The position numbers and the translations under genes are program-made. Of a stretch of DNA of 64,000 nucleotides, positions 1 through 12,431 are shown one piece after another. Below the pieces are notes generated by a model. The model had not been told where the DNA came from and did not search any database. It worked only from the letters and a program-made list of their open reading frames with translations. This DNA comes from Octopus vulgaris (Eukaryota). The first letter of the stretch is position 1. Each line of letters starts with the position of its first letter. Where the stretch lies: positions 4,030,001 through 4,094,000 of the forward strand of contig OX597838.1 of assembly GCA_951406725.2 (NCBI GenBank), in the 5' to 3' direction.

Positions 1-91
1 TGTAAAATAGTCTCGATTATATTTACGAGAAAAATAATTCACCAAAAATTAATTAACGAAGGTGTCATTTAGAATTAATGACACCATCGTA

Positions 92-151
<60 letters not shown>

Positions 152-154
<3 letters not shown>

Positions 155-676
155 GATGGACTCTCACGTCGATTTCGACGTATGAGGCTCCGACAACGCA
201 CTCTTTCTTTGTCAGTCATAATGCTTATGTCGAATGTGACATTTAAGTCCCGCCAACGATTTGCAAAGAAGGCCACAGATGTTGCAAGTATGAGGATTAC
301 AGGTCATTGCTGGTAGTATATGTGCACCCGCTTTTCTCCTTTGCCTTGCACCCCCGAAACCATGCAGCAAAGTTTTTAATACCATTTTCAAACAACGATC
401 TCCATTTTGCTCGTTCCAAGGATGTTCGCCTAAAGGTGTTGTGAGCTATCTCCATCTCTAAGCGCTTACACTTCAGCTTGTCCTTATAGCTGAGCCATGG
501 TCGACCGATATACCTGTGCCCACTCTCAAGTTAGTTGAAGACGAGGACTTTGAGTATACTTTCGTCACTCATTCTGACGACATGGCCAGCCAAGCGCAAT
601 TATGATTGTATAAGGAAGCTCTCCATTCCACCAATCTTACACTTGCTAAACAAGATGGCATTAAAAACTTTGTCTA
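152..676 (-). mobile_element. RTE-clade LINE 3' relic (post-RT region, C2H2 finger, 3' stem-loop)
   Basis: Manual minus-strand translation with in-frame stops: MESFLIQS*LRLAGHVVRMSDESILKVLVFN*LESGHRYIGRPWLSYKD, then TCNICGLLCKSLAGLKCHIRHKH. 3' hairpin acgtcg-aaat-cgacgt precedes (TA)n. Confidence 0.8.
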
Positions 677-708
677 CACACACACCACTCATACACACAC
701 ACACAGAC

Positions 709-787
<79 letters not shown>

Positions 788-810
788 CATATTTATATAG
801 GAGGAGGAGG

Positions 811-1150
811 AGACCCCCTTCGGTCACGACACTGACCATGGGATTGCACCTAGAAAGTTACCCTCCGAGGCACAAATCAGGGCAAGGTTGTTTATGGAAG
901 ACCAGCAGTCGCCCACGCATACCAGCCTCCCCTCACCACACCACTGATGTTATCCAAGAGAAAGGCAAAGGGGCCGATACAGCTTTGGCACCAGTGATGT
1001 CGCAACTCATTTCTACAGCTGAGTTAACTGGGGCAACGTGAAATAAGTGTCTTGCTCAAGAACACAACACGCAGCCCGGTCCGGGAATCGAACTCACAAC
1101 CTCACGATCGGAAAAATCGACGCTCTAACCACTGAGCCATGCGCCTTCAC
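811..1150 (-). mobile_element. tRNA-derived SINE (family also at 26820-27155 +, 49410-49670 +, 49720-50055 +)
   Basis: Reverse strand has A-box TGGCTCAGTGG and B-box GTTCGATTC, then a body gttgtgttcttgagcaagacac...ctcagctgtagaaatgag shared by the other copies. Confidence 0.8.
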
Positions 1151-1596
1151 TATATATAATATAACTATATATATATAGTTATATTATTTACATACTTCCA
1201 AGTTTAAGTTGGGGCATTCGTCGTGTATGAATAGAAAACTGAAGAAACTGGAGCCAGGAAACATGTGATTGCGAAGGAAATGTCTTATATAAGTCTGTTT
1301 TTAAAAAGTCGAAATTGAAGTCGCTCTTCTTCTTCTCTTTCACGTCGCTTCTTTCTCTCTTCTCTTTTCTCCTTTTCCTTCTACTTCTCCCGCATTTTCC
1401 TTTTGGTCTTCTTCTTCTTCTTCTTCTTCTTCTTCTTCTTCTTCTTCTTCTTCTTCTTCTTCTTCTTCTTCTTCTTCTTCTTCTATTCCTGCTTCTTTAT
1501 TCATTCTTCTACCTCACCTCCTTCATCTTCCATTTTCCATCATCATCATCTTTTTCTTCTTTTCCTCATCGGGTTTTCTGTCTCTTCTTCTTCTTC

Positions 1597-1664
<68 letters not shown>

Positions 1665-1921
1665 GCTTTCTTCTGCCTTTTCTTCTTCTTCCCTTATTCT
1701 TCACATAAAGATAAACTCCAACCTGATTGGATTCTCCAGCTTCTTTCCAGAAACACTTCACCTGTGTTTGTGTGTGCGCGCGCGCGTGAGTGAGTTAGTG
1801 AGTTCGTGTGTGTGGTCTGCACATGTATATATTTGTATGTGTGTGAGTGTTCGTTTGTTTTAACGTTCTTATTCATCTTTCTCATTGGAAATCTCCCCCA
1901 CTTCTCTCTCCATCTCTCTCT

Positions 1922-1985
<64 letters not shown>

Positions 1986-2346
1986 CACACACATACACAC
2001 ACACATGCATACACATACACACGCAAACACACCCACAAACACACACACATTCTCACAAACACACATACACAGATTTCGTCAATGTCTCCCTCGCTCATTC
2101 AATTACTCCCTTTCCTTCTCTTCCCCCCCTCTCTTTCTCTCCCTTTCTCTCTCTCTCTCTCTCTCTCCCCACTTCCTTTGTCTATCACCTCCCGCCGACC
2201 CTCTTACCTTATTCCATCTCAATTATCCGTGGTCCCTCTGTGTAATCTTGCATCTAAGCCCTACCATTTCCAGTTCCACGTTGTGTAAGATTGGCTATTT
2301 ATGAGGGAGCAGTGTATGCTTGTGCACACGCAACATAGAGGGGCCG

Positions 2347-2393
<47 letters not shown>

Positions 2394-2785
2394 TGTGTCT
2401 GTTCGTGTGAGTGTGTGTGTGTGTGTGTGTGGGCATGCGCGTATGAACGAAGGTTTGAACACACACTTTTATATATTTCATTACCGGATCGCAGTCTCTC
2501 CCCACTCCCCTCTTTCACTTTGCCCTTTCTCTCCCCCTCTTTCCCTCTCTCTCTCTATATATATATATGTATGTGTGTGTATGTGTGTTGTGTGTGCGTG
2601 TTTGAGTGCGTGCATGCGCGCCCTCGTGTTTGTATTTGCATGTACCTGCATAAATACAAGTACTTGTCTATATGTATATGACCCTTAATTGTATGCATGC
2701 ATACATAATACATACATACATATATATACATATATAAATATATATATATATATATATACACACACCCACATATGTATACATATGC

Positions 2786-2842
<57 letters not shown>

Positions 2843-2857
2843 CGTGTGTGTTGTGTG

Positions 2858-2888
<31 letters not shown>

Positions 2889-2928
2889 ATGTACACCACA
2901 CTTTGGTTCACCACCCATCCACCCACTG

Positions 2929-2974
<46 letters not shown>

Positions 2975-3689
2975 CCTCCACTCATCTCCAATCACTCAAT
3001 GAGTGAGGTAGGGAATACCGGAGTGACAGATTAGTCAGTAACTCATTTTCCCGACCACCACCACCACCACCACCACCTCCACCATCACTAACACCAACCC
3101 CCAGCACCACCGCCGCCGCCACCGACATCACCGACTAATACCACTTTCACCACCAACACCACCGCTGTTACCATCGTCACCATTATCACGATCGCAACCA
3201 CTACCATCACCATCCTAATTACCATCTCCATAGGCACCACCACCACCACCACCACCGTCACGGCCACCACCTTACCATCAGCAGCGACAGCAGTAGCAGC
3301 AGCAGCAGCACTACGCCGCCATCACCATCACCACCATTATTATAACCACCACCAACACTATCACCATCACAACCAGCACCACCACCACCATCACAACGAT
3401 CATCACTTTAATTATCATCCTCCCCGCCATAATGTCCACCGCCACTACCACCATTACTACCATGAACCAAAGTCGAAGTCTGTTAGAAACTGCAGCCAAA
3501 TGTCCCTCAAATCATATTCTACCGCTGTCCAAAAACTAGATTCACGCGTCAGGGAATGTACGCAGAAATACGGATATACTCGGAATGGCCATGACTGGAA
3601 AGCCTTTGAGCATAAGTTTGCTGGAACAGGGCTGAGTTGGGACTAAACACCACAGCCATCTAGAAATAACTAACTTTCTATAATGCACC

Positions 3690-3728
<39 letters not shown>

Positions 3729-3739
3729 AATACTGAAAC

Positions 3740-3817
<78 letters not shown>

Positions 3818-3870
3818 ATGGATGGATGGACAGATAGGTAGATAAACTCACACACACACATATGCATATA

Positions 3871-4081
3871 GGCGCAGGAGTGGCTCTGTGGTAAGAAGCT
3901 TGCGTCCCAACCACAGGGTTCCGAGTTCAGTACCTTGGACAAGTGTCTTCTACCATAGACTTGGGCCAACCAAAGCTTTGTGAGTGGATTTGGTAGACAG
4001 AAACTGTAAGAATCCCGTTGTGTCTATTATGTATATATATATATATATATATACATACACACACACACACACACACACAAA

Positions 4082-4139
<58 letters not shown>

Positions 4140-4352
4140 GTGTGTGTTTGTGTGTCTGTATTTGTCTCCCCAGCATCGCTTGACATCCTATGTTGGCGTG
4201 TTTACGTCCTCGTAACTTGGCGGTTCGGCAAAAGACACCAATAGAATAAATGCTACGCTTACAAAGAATAAGTCCTGGCGTCGATTAGTTCGACTAAAGG
4301 CGGTGCCCCAGCATGGCCGCAGTCAAATGACTGAAACAAGTAAAAACAGAAA
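3871..4352 (+). mobile_element. tRNA-derived SINE with internal (TA/CA)n; many copies or fragments (e.g. 21905-22060, 34300-34490, 40838-40998, 44172-44510, 52200-52545)
   Basis: Head ggcgcaggagtggct..gtggtaagaagcttgc...gttcagt. Conserved tail cgcttgac...ccagcatggccgcagtcaaatgactgaaacaagtaaaa recurs through the window. Confidence 0.8.
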
Positions 4353-4354
4353 AG

Positions 4355-4390
<36 letters not shown>

Positions 4391-5005
4391 GTGTGTGTAT
4401 ATATAATTTATAGTGTAAATATATATATGTGTGTGTGTATGTGTGTGTATGTATGTATAACTGGGACTAATGAACATAAGCATCACTAACCTGCTAGAAA
4501 TAACAACCAAATCTCCCTCAAATCTTTAAAAGATGGATAACTAGTATATACCTGCATGTATATACGTTTTCATAAATATATATACGCATACATATACATA
4601 TATGTATGTAGAATTCATATATGTATACACACACACACACACTTTCACTCACACATAAACACACACACACACACACAAACGACAGAAGGGTTATGGTTTG
4701 AACGCCTTGACTATGGCTCAAACAGGATTTACCTGGGGCTAAACAACATCCACCTTCACCACCACCACCACCTCCACTACCACCACCATCACCACTACCA
4801 CCACCACCACCTCCACTAGCACTACCATCACCACCACCACCTCCACTACCACCACCATCATCATTCTTTTACGACATCCTGAAGACAATAGAAAAACCAG
4901 CTGACAAGGGACAAGGAGGAAATTCCCTCCTCCTACCTCCCATTCTCTCTCTCTCTCTCTCCCTCTCTCAGTGTCTGGCTGTCTGACTGGTCGGGGGAGG
5001 GTGTT

Positions 5006-5052
5006 AGGTCATATGACGTCACTGGGACCACGTCATCCTTAAGAAACACGTG
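5006..5052. promoter_or_regulatory. Candidate cis-regulatory cluster (AGGTCA, CRE TGACGTCA, half-CRE, E-box CACGTG)
   Basis: AGGTCA 5006-5011, TGACGTCA 5014-5021, CACGTCAT 5029-5036 and CACGTG 5047-5052 within 47 bp of non-repetitive DNA. Motif match only. Confidence 0.3.
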
Positions 5053-5291
5053 GACACTAGTACAGCCTCGCATCTCGTTTTCACTATCAATCTCTCGACC
5101 CATCTTTGCATTTATTTCTGTCTTTCTGACTGTCTAATTGTCTGTCTCTATCTATCTCTGTTAGTCTACCTATATATCCGTCTGTAAGTTCCTCTACCTG
5201 TCTATCTATAGCCTTTCTACTTGTCTATCTCCTTTTCTATCTATTTGTCTGTCTGTCTATGTGTTTGTATGTCTGTCCGTCTTACTATATT

Positions 5292-5343
<52 letters not shown>

Positions 5344-6340
5344 AAGAGAGAGAGAGAGAGATGTCTATTTATTTGGACGTGTCTGGTGGTGGAGTCGGGA
5401 CTGATGAGATGTTTTTACGAAGTTTCAATATGGAACGGGGGACACTCGTAAAACGTGTGTATACTTGTATATGCATGTCCGCGTGAACGTGTGTGTTTAT
5501 ATGTGTGTACGTATGTGCGTATGCATTTCTATATGTTTCCGTCCCTGAGCAAGTGCGCATGCGTATTTGTATATGTAAGCGTGCGTGCGTGTGTGAGAGA
5601 GAGTGAGAGAGCGTGTATGAATTTTATTGTTTAGCTTAAGGTGATTCCCCGATCGAGCAGATATAGGATGAAAGATGTTCCAGCCGTGACCATTCTGTCT
5701 TAAAAAGCACATAGCCGCATTATTCACTTGAGGGAGATTTGGCTGCTATATTCGGCAGATACAGCAACCAAGTCGATGACTTCCTCGTTGGCTCTTGTAT
5801 ACGTTTATAAAAGTGTGTGTGTGTGTGTGTGTGTGTGCATCTGTGAGTTTGCTTGTGTATTAGTGTATCTGAATGTAACATATATAAGTGCGCATGCCTG
5901 TAAAAGGTGAATGGAATTTGTATGTGTGCATGCGCGGTGTGTGTGTGTGTGTGTGTGTTTATATGCCTTTGTATAGTATTGCTGTTGATGTTGTTGAACC
6001 TCAAATGACAATGTGTCCTGTTTGAGTAGTCCTGCGATCAGAGTCGTTCCAACCGTGACCACCCACGTCAGGGCTTCATTGACTACGTCCCACTTATTGT
6101 AAACAAGTAGAGTGCGACTTGAAGGTATTTGGTTGCTACTTCTAGCAAATACAGCAACCACATACAGGCTTCTTCTGCGTTGCTGTTTAACAGACAGGCA
6201 GACATACAGACAGACTCGCACAATTTATAGAAAATCTTAAGTAAGAGAGAAAACGTAAATGGACATAGCAGCATTATACTCGAGTTCAGCGGTAGGATAA
6301 CCTGGATAACTGGAAGAGAGTGGAAAACAGTGGTCCCTTG

Positions 6341-6450
6341 ACATCTAACGACTAAAGACGATAGACCCGAGACATCTAACGATTTAAGACAAAAGACGCG
6401 AGATGTCTTAACGATTAATGACAGTCGCCCTGAAACATCTAAAGGCTAAA
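6341..6450 (+). repeat. Degenerate ~31-bp tandem repeat (~3.5 copies)
   Basis: gacatctaacgactaaagacgatagacccga / gacatctaacgatttaagacaaaagacgcga / gatgtcttaacgattaatgacagtcgccctga. Confidence 0.7.
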
Positions 6451-6754
6451 CTTATACACTTCATTGCCTGCAGCTAGAAAAATCACTTTTATGTGCAGCG
6501 AATATCTCCAATGGTAATTGTTAATTCTGTTAGGGCGTTAGTGGTTTGTGGTTATGCAGTTTATCATTTAAAAGTGATATTTCAATTTAAAAGATTACAG
6601 TTTAAAATTTGTGGAGGAGATGTACTTGCATAGCCAGTGACCTGATCTGAGATCGTGTGTTGAAACAAAAACAATTGCTGTGTGGAAGGTGTTTAGAAGC
6701 CATTTAAGAAACACACAAAAACCGTTAGATTCACTTCAACATTTAAATTTAATT

Positions 6755-6802
6755 TGTCAAAATATTTTCGTCGCTTTTGAGACCGCTACCTGTTCACCGA
6801 CA
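6755..6802 (-). ncRNA. Minimal type I hammerhead-like motif with G3-C8 core (in Penelope-like repeat 6618-6815)
   Basis: UGUCG-GUGAACA-G-GUAGC-GGUCUCAAAA-GCGAC-GAAAAUAUUU-UGACA: stem I, variant core, stem II, GAAA, palindromic stem III. Confidence 0.55.
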
Positions 6803-7044
6803 AAATTCACTGACAAATTTATTAGTTTACTTGTATGGGCCCCCCAAAATCTTATATGGACCCACAGGCCCAGTTGAGAATCACCGATATCTAGATCAAT
6901 CCAGATCTATGGTCAAAACATTACAGCCATGTCTGACCATCCTACCGTATTTTCCGAGAATTTATCTGTCGACTCCATTTATCCAATGTGTTCTACTTGG
7001 ACTAAAAGCTGTGTTTTGAGAGGAATTTGATTGCTATTTCTACA

Positions 7045-7274
7045 TGGGCATACGGTTTAGTGGTTAAGAGCGCGGGCAACCTGAATAATAATTATAACAA
7101 CATCGAAAAATACCTTAGGAATGAGAACCCAGGTTCAAAATTTCTCCAAGACACCTGATGAAGGCTGGAGGGTATATCAGCCGAAACGTTGTGTTAGCAA
7201 CAAACAAAATGAGGACAAATATCCGTCGAATGTAAATAATGTACATAATTCCTCATCTCTTAAATATAGAACTG
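7045..7274 (+). mobile_element. tRNA-headed SINE-like element carrying a hammerhead ribozyme; 10-bp TSD
   Basis: TSD TATTTCTACA at 7035-7044 and 7275-7284. 5' A-box-like ggtttagtggttaagagc (B-box deleted in this copy), (AAT)n linker, HHR body. Second copy at 59757-60041 (-). Confidence 0.8.
7150..7195 (+). ncRNA. Minimal type I hammerhead ribozyme (canonical core)
   Basis: GACAC-CUGAUGA-A-GGCUG-GAGGGUAUAU-CAGCC-GAAAC-GUU-GUGUU. Stem III is only the ACGU palindrome, as in dimer-acting Penelope HHRs. Confidence 0.8.
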
Positions 7275-7306
7275 TATTTCTACAAGGTCGTTTGATCTTG
7301 TGGAGG

Positions 7307-7424
<118 letters not shown>

Positions 7425-7604
7425 GCCTATCTATCTATCTCTGATGTTTCTTCGTCTCGCGTAAGTAATTATATTTTGCAGAAAGAGGCCCATACCATCT
7501 GTTTATGTTCCAAACTTTCGCAGATCTTTTAAGGTTATAAGGAAACCACGTGATATTTCAATACCAAATAAATCAAAATACACACACACACACACACATT
7601 CATA

Positions 7605-7666
<62 letters not shown>

Positions 7667-8073
7667 TTCATGTGTGTTTGCGTATGTGTTAGTTTGTGTG
7701 TATTTATATTGTAAATGTATATATATGTATAAATGGTGTGTGGTAATAAAATCCAAAAATGGAGGATCAGAAGATTCGCAGAAAAAAAAAACTTAAACGG
7801 GAAGTTGACTGTAAAAACGGGAGGCCAACAACGTGGGCCAAGGAATCATGAATTTGGCTGTTTACCTCCAAGAAGTTAGAACCGGAAGTAGAAACCATAA
7901 CCCACCATGAACAAACATATCAATGTTTGTATTTATATACGTGCAGGGCCGTATAAATGCTTGTGTATATGAGCGTGGGAGGTGCCTGGACGTTAGTGTA
8001 TATATGTGAGTAGAAGAAGAGTATGTGTTTGTGTATACATGAATGTGTATGTGTAGATAGATACTTGTGTGTA

Positions 8074-8112
<39 letters not shown>

Positions 8113-8281
8113 AATATTAGGGAATGAATCCAAAATTACAGGGAAAAATCAGATTTAGGGTTAAATCCAATTTTATAGTAAAATATTATATAATATAATT
8201 CGAGACAAAACCACTATTTTAAAACCAAACAAGGAAAGACTTAATCAATACATAAAATTTTAATATAAATTAAATAAACCG

Positions 8282-8324
8282 CCACTACAAATGTTTCATG
8301 TCTGCTCCGACAATCTTCAGGTGG
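8282..8324 (-). ncRNA. Minimal type I hammerhead ribozyme (left arm)
   Basis: Exact reverse complement of 8750-8792. Confidence 0.7.
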
Positions 8325-8749
8325 ATTTTCGATCTAAGAATAGCAATATTTTAAAATATAATTTAAAATAATTTAAAATAATAAAACAATAAAATTATCA
8401 ATGAAAGAAATAAAAATATAATCTATATATAATCTAAAATAATCTAATATAAACCCTATAAACAATTGAATATAAAAACCTATTATAAAATTTCTCATAT
8501 TTAAAAATGTACAAAAACCAAGTTTTTGGTTTTTGTTTTTTGCTTGTTGTTTTTTGGTTTTTGTACATTTTTAAATATGAGAAATTTTATAATAGGTTTT
8601 TATATTCAATTGTTTATAGGGTTTATTTTAGATTATATATAGATTATATTTTTATTTTTTTACATTCTTTCATTGATAATTTTATTGTTTTATTATTTTA
8701 AATTATTTTAAATTATATTTTAAAATATTGCTATTCTTAGATCGAAAAT

Positions 8750-8792
8750 CCACCTGAAGATTGTCGGAGCAGACATGAAACATTTGTAGTGG
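8750..8792 (+). ncRNA. Minimal type I hammerhead ribozyme (right arm)
   Basis: CCAC-CUGAAGA-U-UGUC-GGAGCA-GACA-U-GAAAC-AUUU-GUA-GUGG. Predicted cleavage after GUA (8788). Confidence 0.7.
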
Positions 8793-8898
8793 CGGTTTAT
8801 TTAATTTATATTAACATTTTATGTATTGATTAAGTCTTTCCTTGTTTGGTTTTAAAATAGTGGTTTTGTCTCGAATTATATTATATATATATTTAAAC

Positions 8899-8950
<52 letters not shown>

Positions 8951-9052
8951 GTAATAGAAAGTAAGTTCTTGGTACAGTATTATATATTTGAAAAAATGAG
9001 TAGAGATGGCTTTTTTGTGGGATAATTTTTATTTTAATAATTATTTTTAGTG

Positions 9053-9392
9053 AGATGTACTTGCATAGCCAGTGACCTGATCTGAGATCGTGTGTTGAAA
9101 CAAAAGCAATTGCTGTGTGGAAGGTGTTTATAAGCCATTTAAAAAACACACAAAAACCGTTAGATCCACTTCAACATTTAAATTTAATTTGTCAAAATAT
9201 TTTCGTCGCTTTGAGACCGTGACCTGTTCACTGATGCAGCACAAAATTTTGTCAGTGAACAGGTCACGGTCTCAAAGCGATGAAAATATTTTGAGAAATT
9301 AAATTTGAATGTTGAAGTGAATCTAACGGTTTTCGTGTGTGTTTTTTAAATGGCTTCTAAACACCTTCCACGCTGCAATTGTTTATGTTTAA
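9053..9392. mobile_element. Inverted pair of Penelope-like repeats with two G3-C8 hammerhead-like motifs (9190-9234 -, 9250-9296 +)
   Basis: Arm ~9097-9234 is inverted relative to 9251-9392. Same family as 6618-6815. Both arms contain (UG)UCA-GUGAACA-G-GUCAC...GCGAY-GAAAAUAUUU-UGA. Confidence 0.7.
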
Positions 9393-9394
9393 TG

Positions 9395-9682
9395 AGTGAT
9401 TCTGATATGAGTTTCAGGCTTCAAATAGCCGTTTTCAAACTGAAAAATATATGCTTTACTGGTTGCTTAGAAAGCAAATAATTTTAGATAGCAAAAAAAA
9501 TATATTAAAAAGTACAAAAGCATGAGTGTATATGAAGAAGAACCACATACTTTTGTATTTTCTTACATAATTCTTTGCTATTCTAAATTTTTGGCTGTTT
9601 AAGCAACCAGTAAAACATATATTTTTTTTCAGTTTGAAAATCGTTATTTGAAGCATGAAACTCATACCAGAGTCGTTCACTG
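9395..9682. mobile_element. MITE/fold-back DNA element with long imperfect TIRs
   Basis: gattctgatatgagtttcaggcttcaaatagccgttttcaaactgaaaaa... pairs with ...ttttcagtttgaaaatcgttatttgaagcatgaaactcataccagagtc. Inverted similarity runs for more than 100 bp. Confidence 0.7.
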
Positions 9683-9734
9683 TAAATATTATTATTAGAA
9701 AAAAAACTATCCCCCCAAAAAAGCCATCTCAACT

Positions 9735-9792
<58 letters not shown>

Positions 9793-9954
9793 GTATATAT
9801 GTGGGAGTGTATGGGTCATTGTATCCTTATAAATTGGGCAGGATACTTCTACTCGCGTTTCCTCTCCGACGAAACGTGAGTTGTGAAACATCCTGTCGAA
9901 TACATAAGGATACGATGTGCTTTATATATGCGAGTATGTCTATATGTATGTAAG

Positions 9955-10005
<51 letters not shown>

Positions 10006-10040
10006 CAGACAGACATATAGCTAGATAGATAGATAGAATA

Positions 10041-10158
<118 letters not shown>

Positions 10159-10298
10159 TTCCAAAATGGCCGCCGACAGAAAGCTGAAGCATATATTTAT
10201 ATATTCCGTCTTTCATGGCTGTCTTTCGTGAAGGAAATGTTCTTGGAATAATATAAATTAAATTGTAAAACCATTATCAGAGAAAGATTTAGAGGGAA

Positions 10299-10333
<35 letters not shown>

Positions 10334-11080
10334 TTGTGTGTGTGTGTGTGTGTATGTGTGTGTGTGTGTGTGTGTATTTGTGTGTGTGTGTGTGTGTATT
10401 TGTGTGTGTGTGTGTGTATTTGTGTGTGTGTGTGTGTTTGTGTGTGTGTGTATGTGTGCGCTTATATAAGCGCCTGTATTGGTATGTGCGTGTGTGTATC
10501 TGTGTGTACATATGTGTGTATGAGAGCTTGTCGTTGTATGTGTGTGTGTTTGTGTGAGAGAAAGCGAGATAGAAAGTGTGTGTGTATTTATGTGCGTGTA
10601 AGTACTTATATGTGTATGAGAATGTGCGTGCGTGTGTGTGTGTGACTGTGCATGAGTGTATACGTGTAGACTTCCATATTTATGTGTGTGTGTGTGTGCG
10701 TGTGTTCATGTATGTATACAATACATGTAGGTTACTGTGCTTGTGTGTGGGGTGGGGTGTCTCTGTCTGTGTGTATGCATGTATGTAACTGTGTGTGCGT
10801 GTAGTTTTGTGTGTAATCGTGTATATGTATATTCGTCGCAAAAGTACACGTGATTTGTAAAAGACATCAACAGTCGAAGAACACCCCACCACCACCCCAC
10901 CCCCCGCCATAAATATTACATTGGAAGGGTTCGAACCCCTCGCCTCACAGAAACGACACCAAATCATGCATTTTATTACATTTTAATTTCATTTCAATAT
11001 TTAAATACAACTGAATAAATAAATATCCAAAGTACTGTCTTGTTATTTTGTACGTTGTGTTTTATTAAATATAAATTTTT

Positions 11081-11126
<46 letters not shown>

Positions 11127-11610
11127 TGTGTGTGTGTGTTATCTTTATTCTCAAAATGAGTTCATTAAAGAAGATAAACCGAAGTAAAAAGAAAAAGCGA
11201 AACGGAATGTTTTTTACCCGTTTTTCTTTTCTTTTCTTTTCGTTTCGGTTTTTCGTTTATCGTTATTCCTAGTTTTTTTTTCATAACACAAAAGAAGAAG
11301 AAAAACCACAGAATCGTTTATTTTTTACCATTTTTGTTTGTTGTTTTTATTTTTCCCTTTTTCCCTTTTTATTATAAGAGACAACACGTAAAAATAAATG
11401 AATCATGACAACAGGTTATAAATGAGTCAAAAAGGTTAATTTGAAGTCAGCTGAGACTGCGACTGCGCTTAATGGATTAAATTCAATGCTTTGAATATGA
11501 TTGTGTGTGTGTGTGTGTGTGCGTGTTTCTATGGGCGTCTTTGAGTTTTATCACTTACATGTGTGAGTGACCTCAGTTAATTGAAGGTATTCAATGCACG
11601 ATATGTGTAT

Positions 11611-11702
<92 letters not shown>

Positions 11703-11992
11703 CTTACCAATCGGTTTCGCACTGGATATTAGATAACCGGATAACGATGATGTACTCTTCAGAATATTCCCACTCCATTAACAAATATACGAGCAGTGCC
11801 GTCTTTAGGCATAAGTACGATGAGCTGTTGCCCGGGGCGAAGCCCACAAAGGTCTGGGGGTCTCAATTCTGATCTGTATATGTTTCTGTCAATAAATACA
11901 TCTATATATATATATATATATATATATATAGGTTAATCCCTACACATTTCCCCCTTTTTTTGCGTTCTATTTCCATCCCCCCCCCCTCAATC

Positions 11993-12028
11993 CCTTCTGT
12001 CGAAGAGCGTAGGCTCGAAACACCAAAG
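11993..12028 (+). ncRNA. Degenerate hammerhead-like motif, CUGUCGA core (family copy 1)
   Basis: CCUU-CUGUCGA-A-GAGC-GUAG-GCUC-GAAAC-ACC-AAAG. Cleavage triplet is mutated in this copy. Confidence 0.45.
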
Positions 12029-12393
12029 ACTTTTACATTCTTCCTGAGCGTCAAACTAATACACCTACTCGTTGTTCCATCACCTATCTTCGTCTTCTGT
12101 TTTCTGTAAATTTGAAATACACATACACACACAGATATATGTGTGTATATGTGTCAATAAAGTATTTTTTTGTACTCATTCCTTAATAAAAGAGTTAATT
12201 GTAAATTTTTTTTGTATTAAATAATTGCGATAGAATTTCAAAGTAAAATTGTTTTTGTCTTCCAACCACCGTTGGGGGCATACATTTTTCTGGAAAGTTA
12301 TAGAGGGGCCTGGGAGAAAATAGGTTAGAAAACACGGATCTAGGATAAGATAATTTATCGGCGATGGTCATGCTTGTGAATGAGTTGACAGCC

Positions 12394-12431
<38 letters not shown>

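Larger units (their letters stand above)
8187..8887. mobile_element. Fold-back (inverted) Penelope-like repeat, ~330-bp arms
   Basis: 8187-8520 is the near-perfect reverse complement of 8555-8887. Each arm carries an HHR motif. Flanked by (TA)n. Confidence 0.8.

Noticed and set aside
1315-3500. Poly-[12 protein letters not shown] and V/M-rich ORFs here and throughout the track
   Set aside because: Translations of microsatellites.
6341-6450. CRISPR-like spacing of ~31-bp units
   Set aside because: A degenerate tandem repeat without unique spacers or cas genes, in a eukaryotic context.
9861-9900. CCGACGA-A-AC..GU-GAAACAUCCUGUC hammerhead-like string
   Set aside because: U4C change, 2-bp stem II and no stem I. 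At best a decayed relic.
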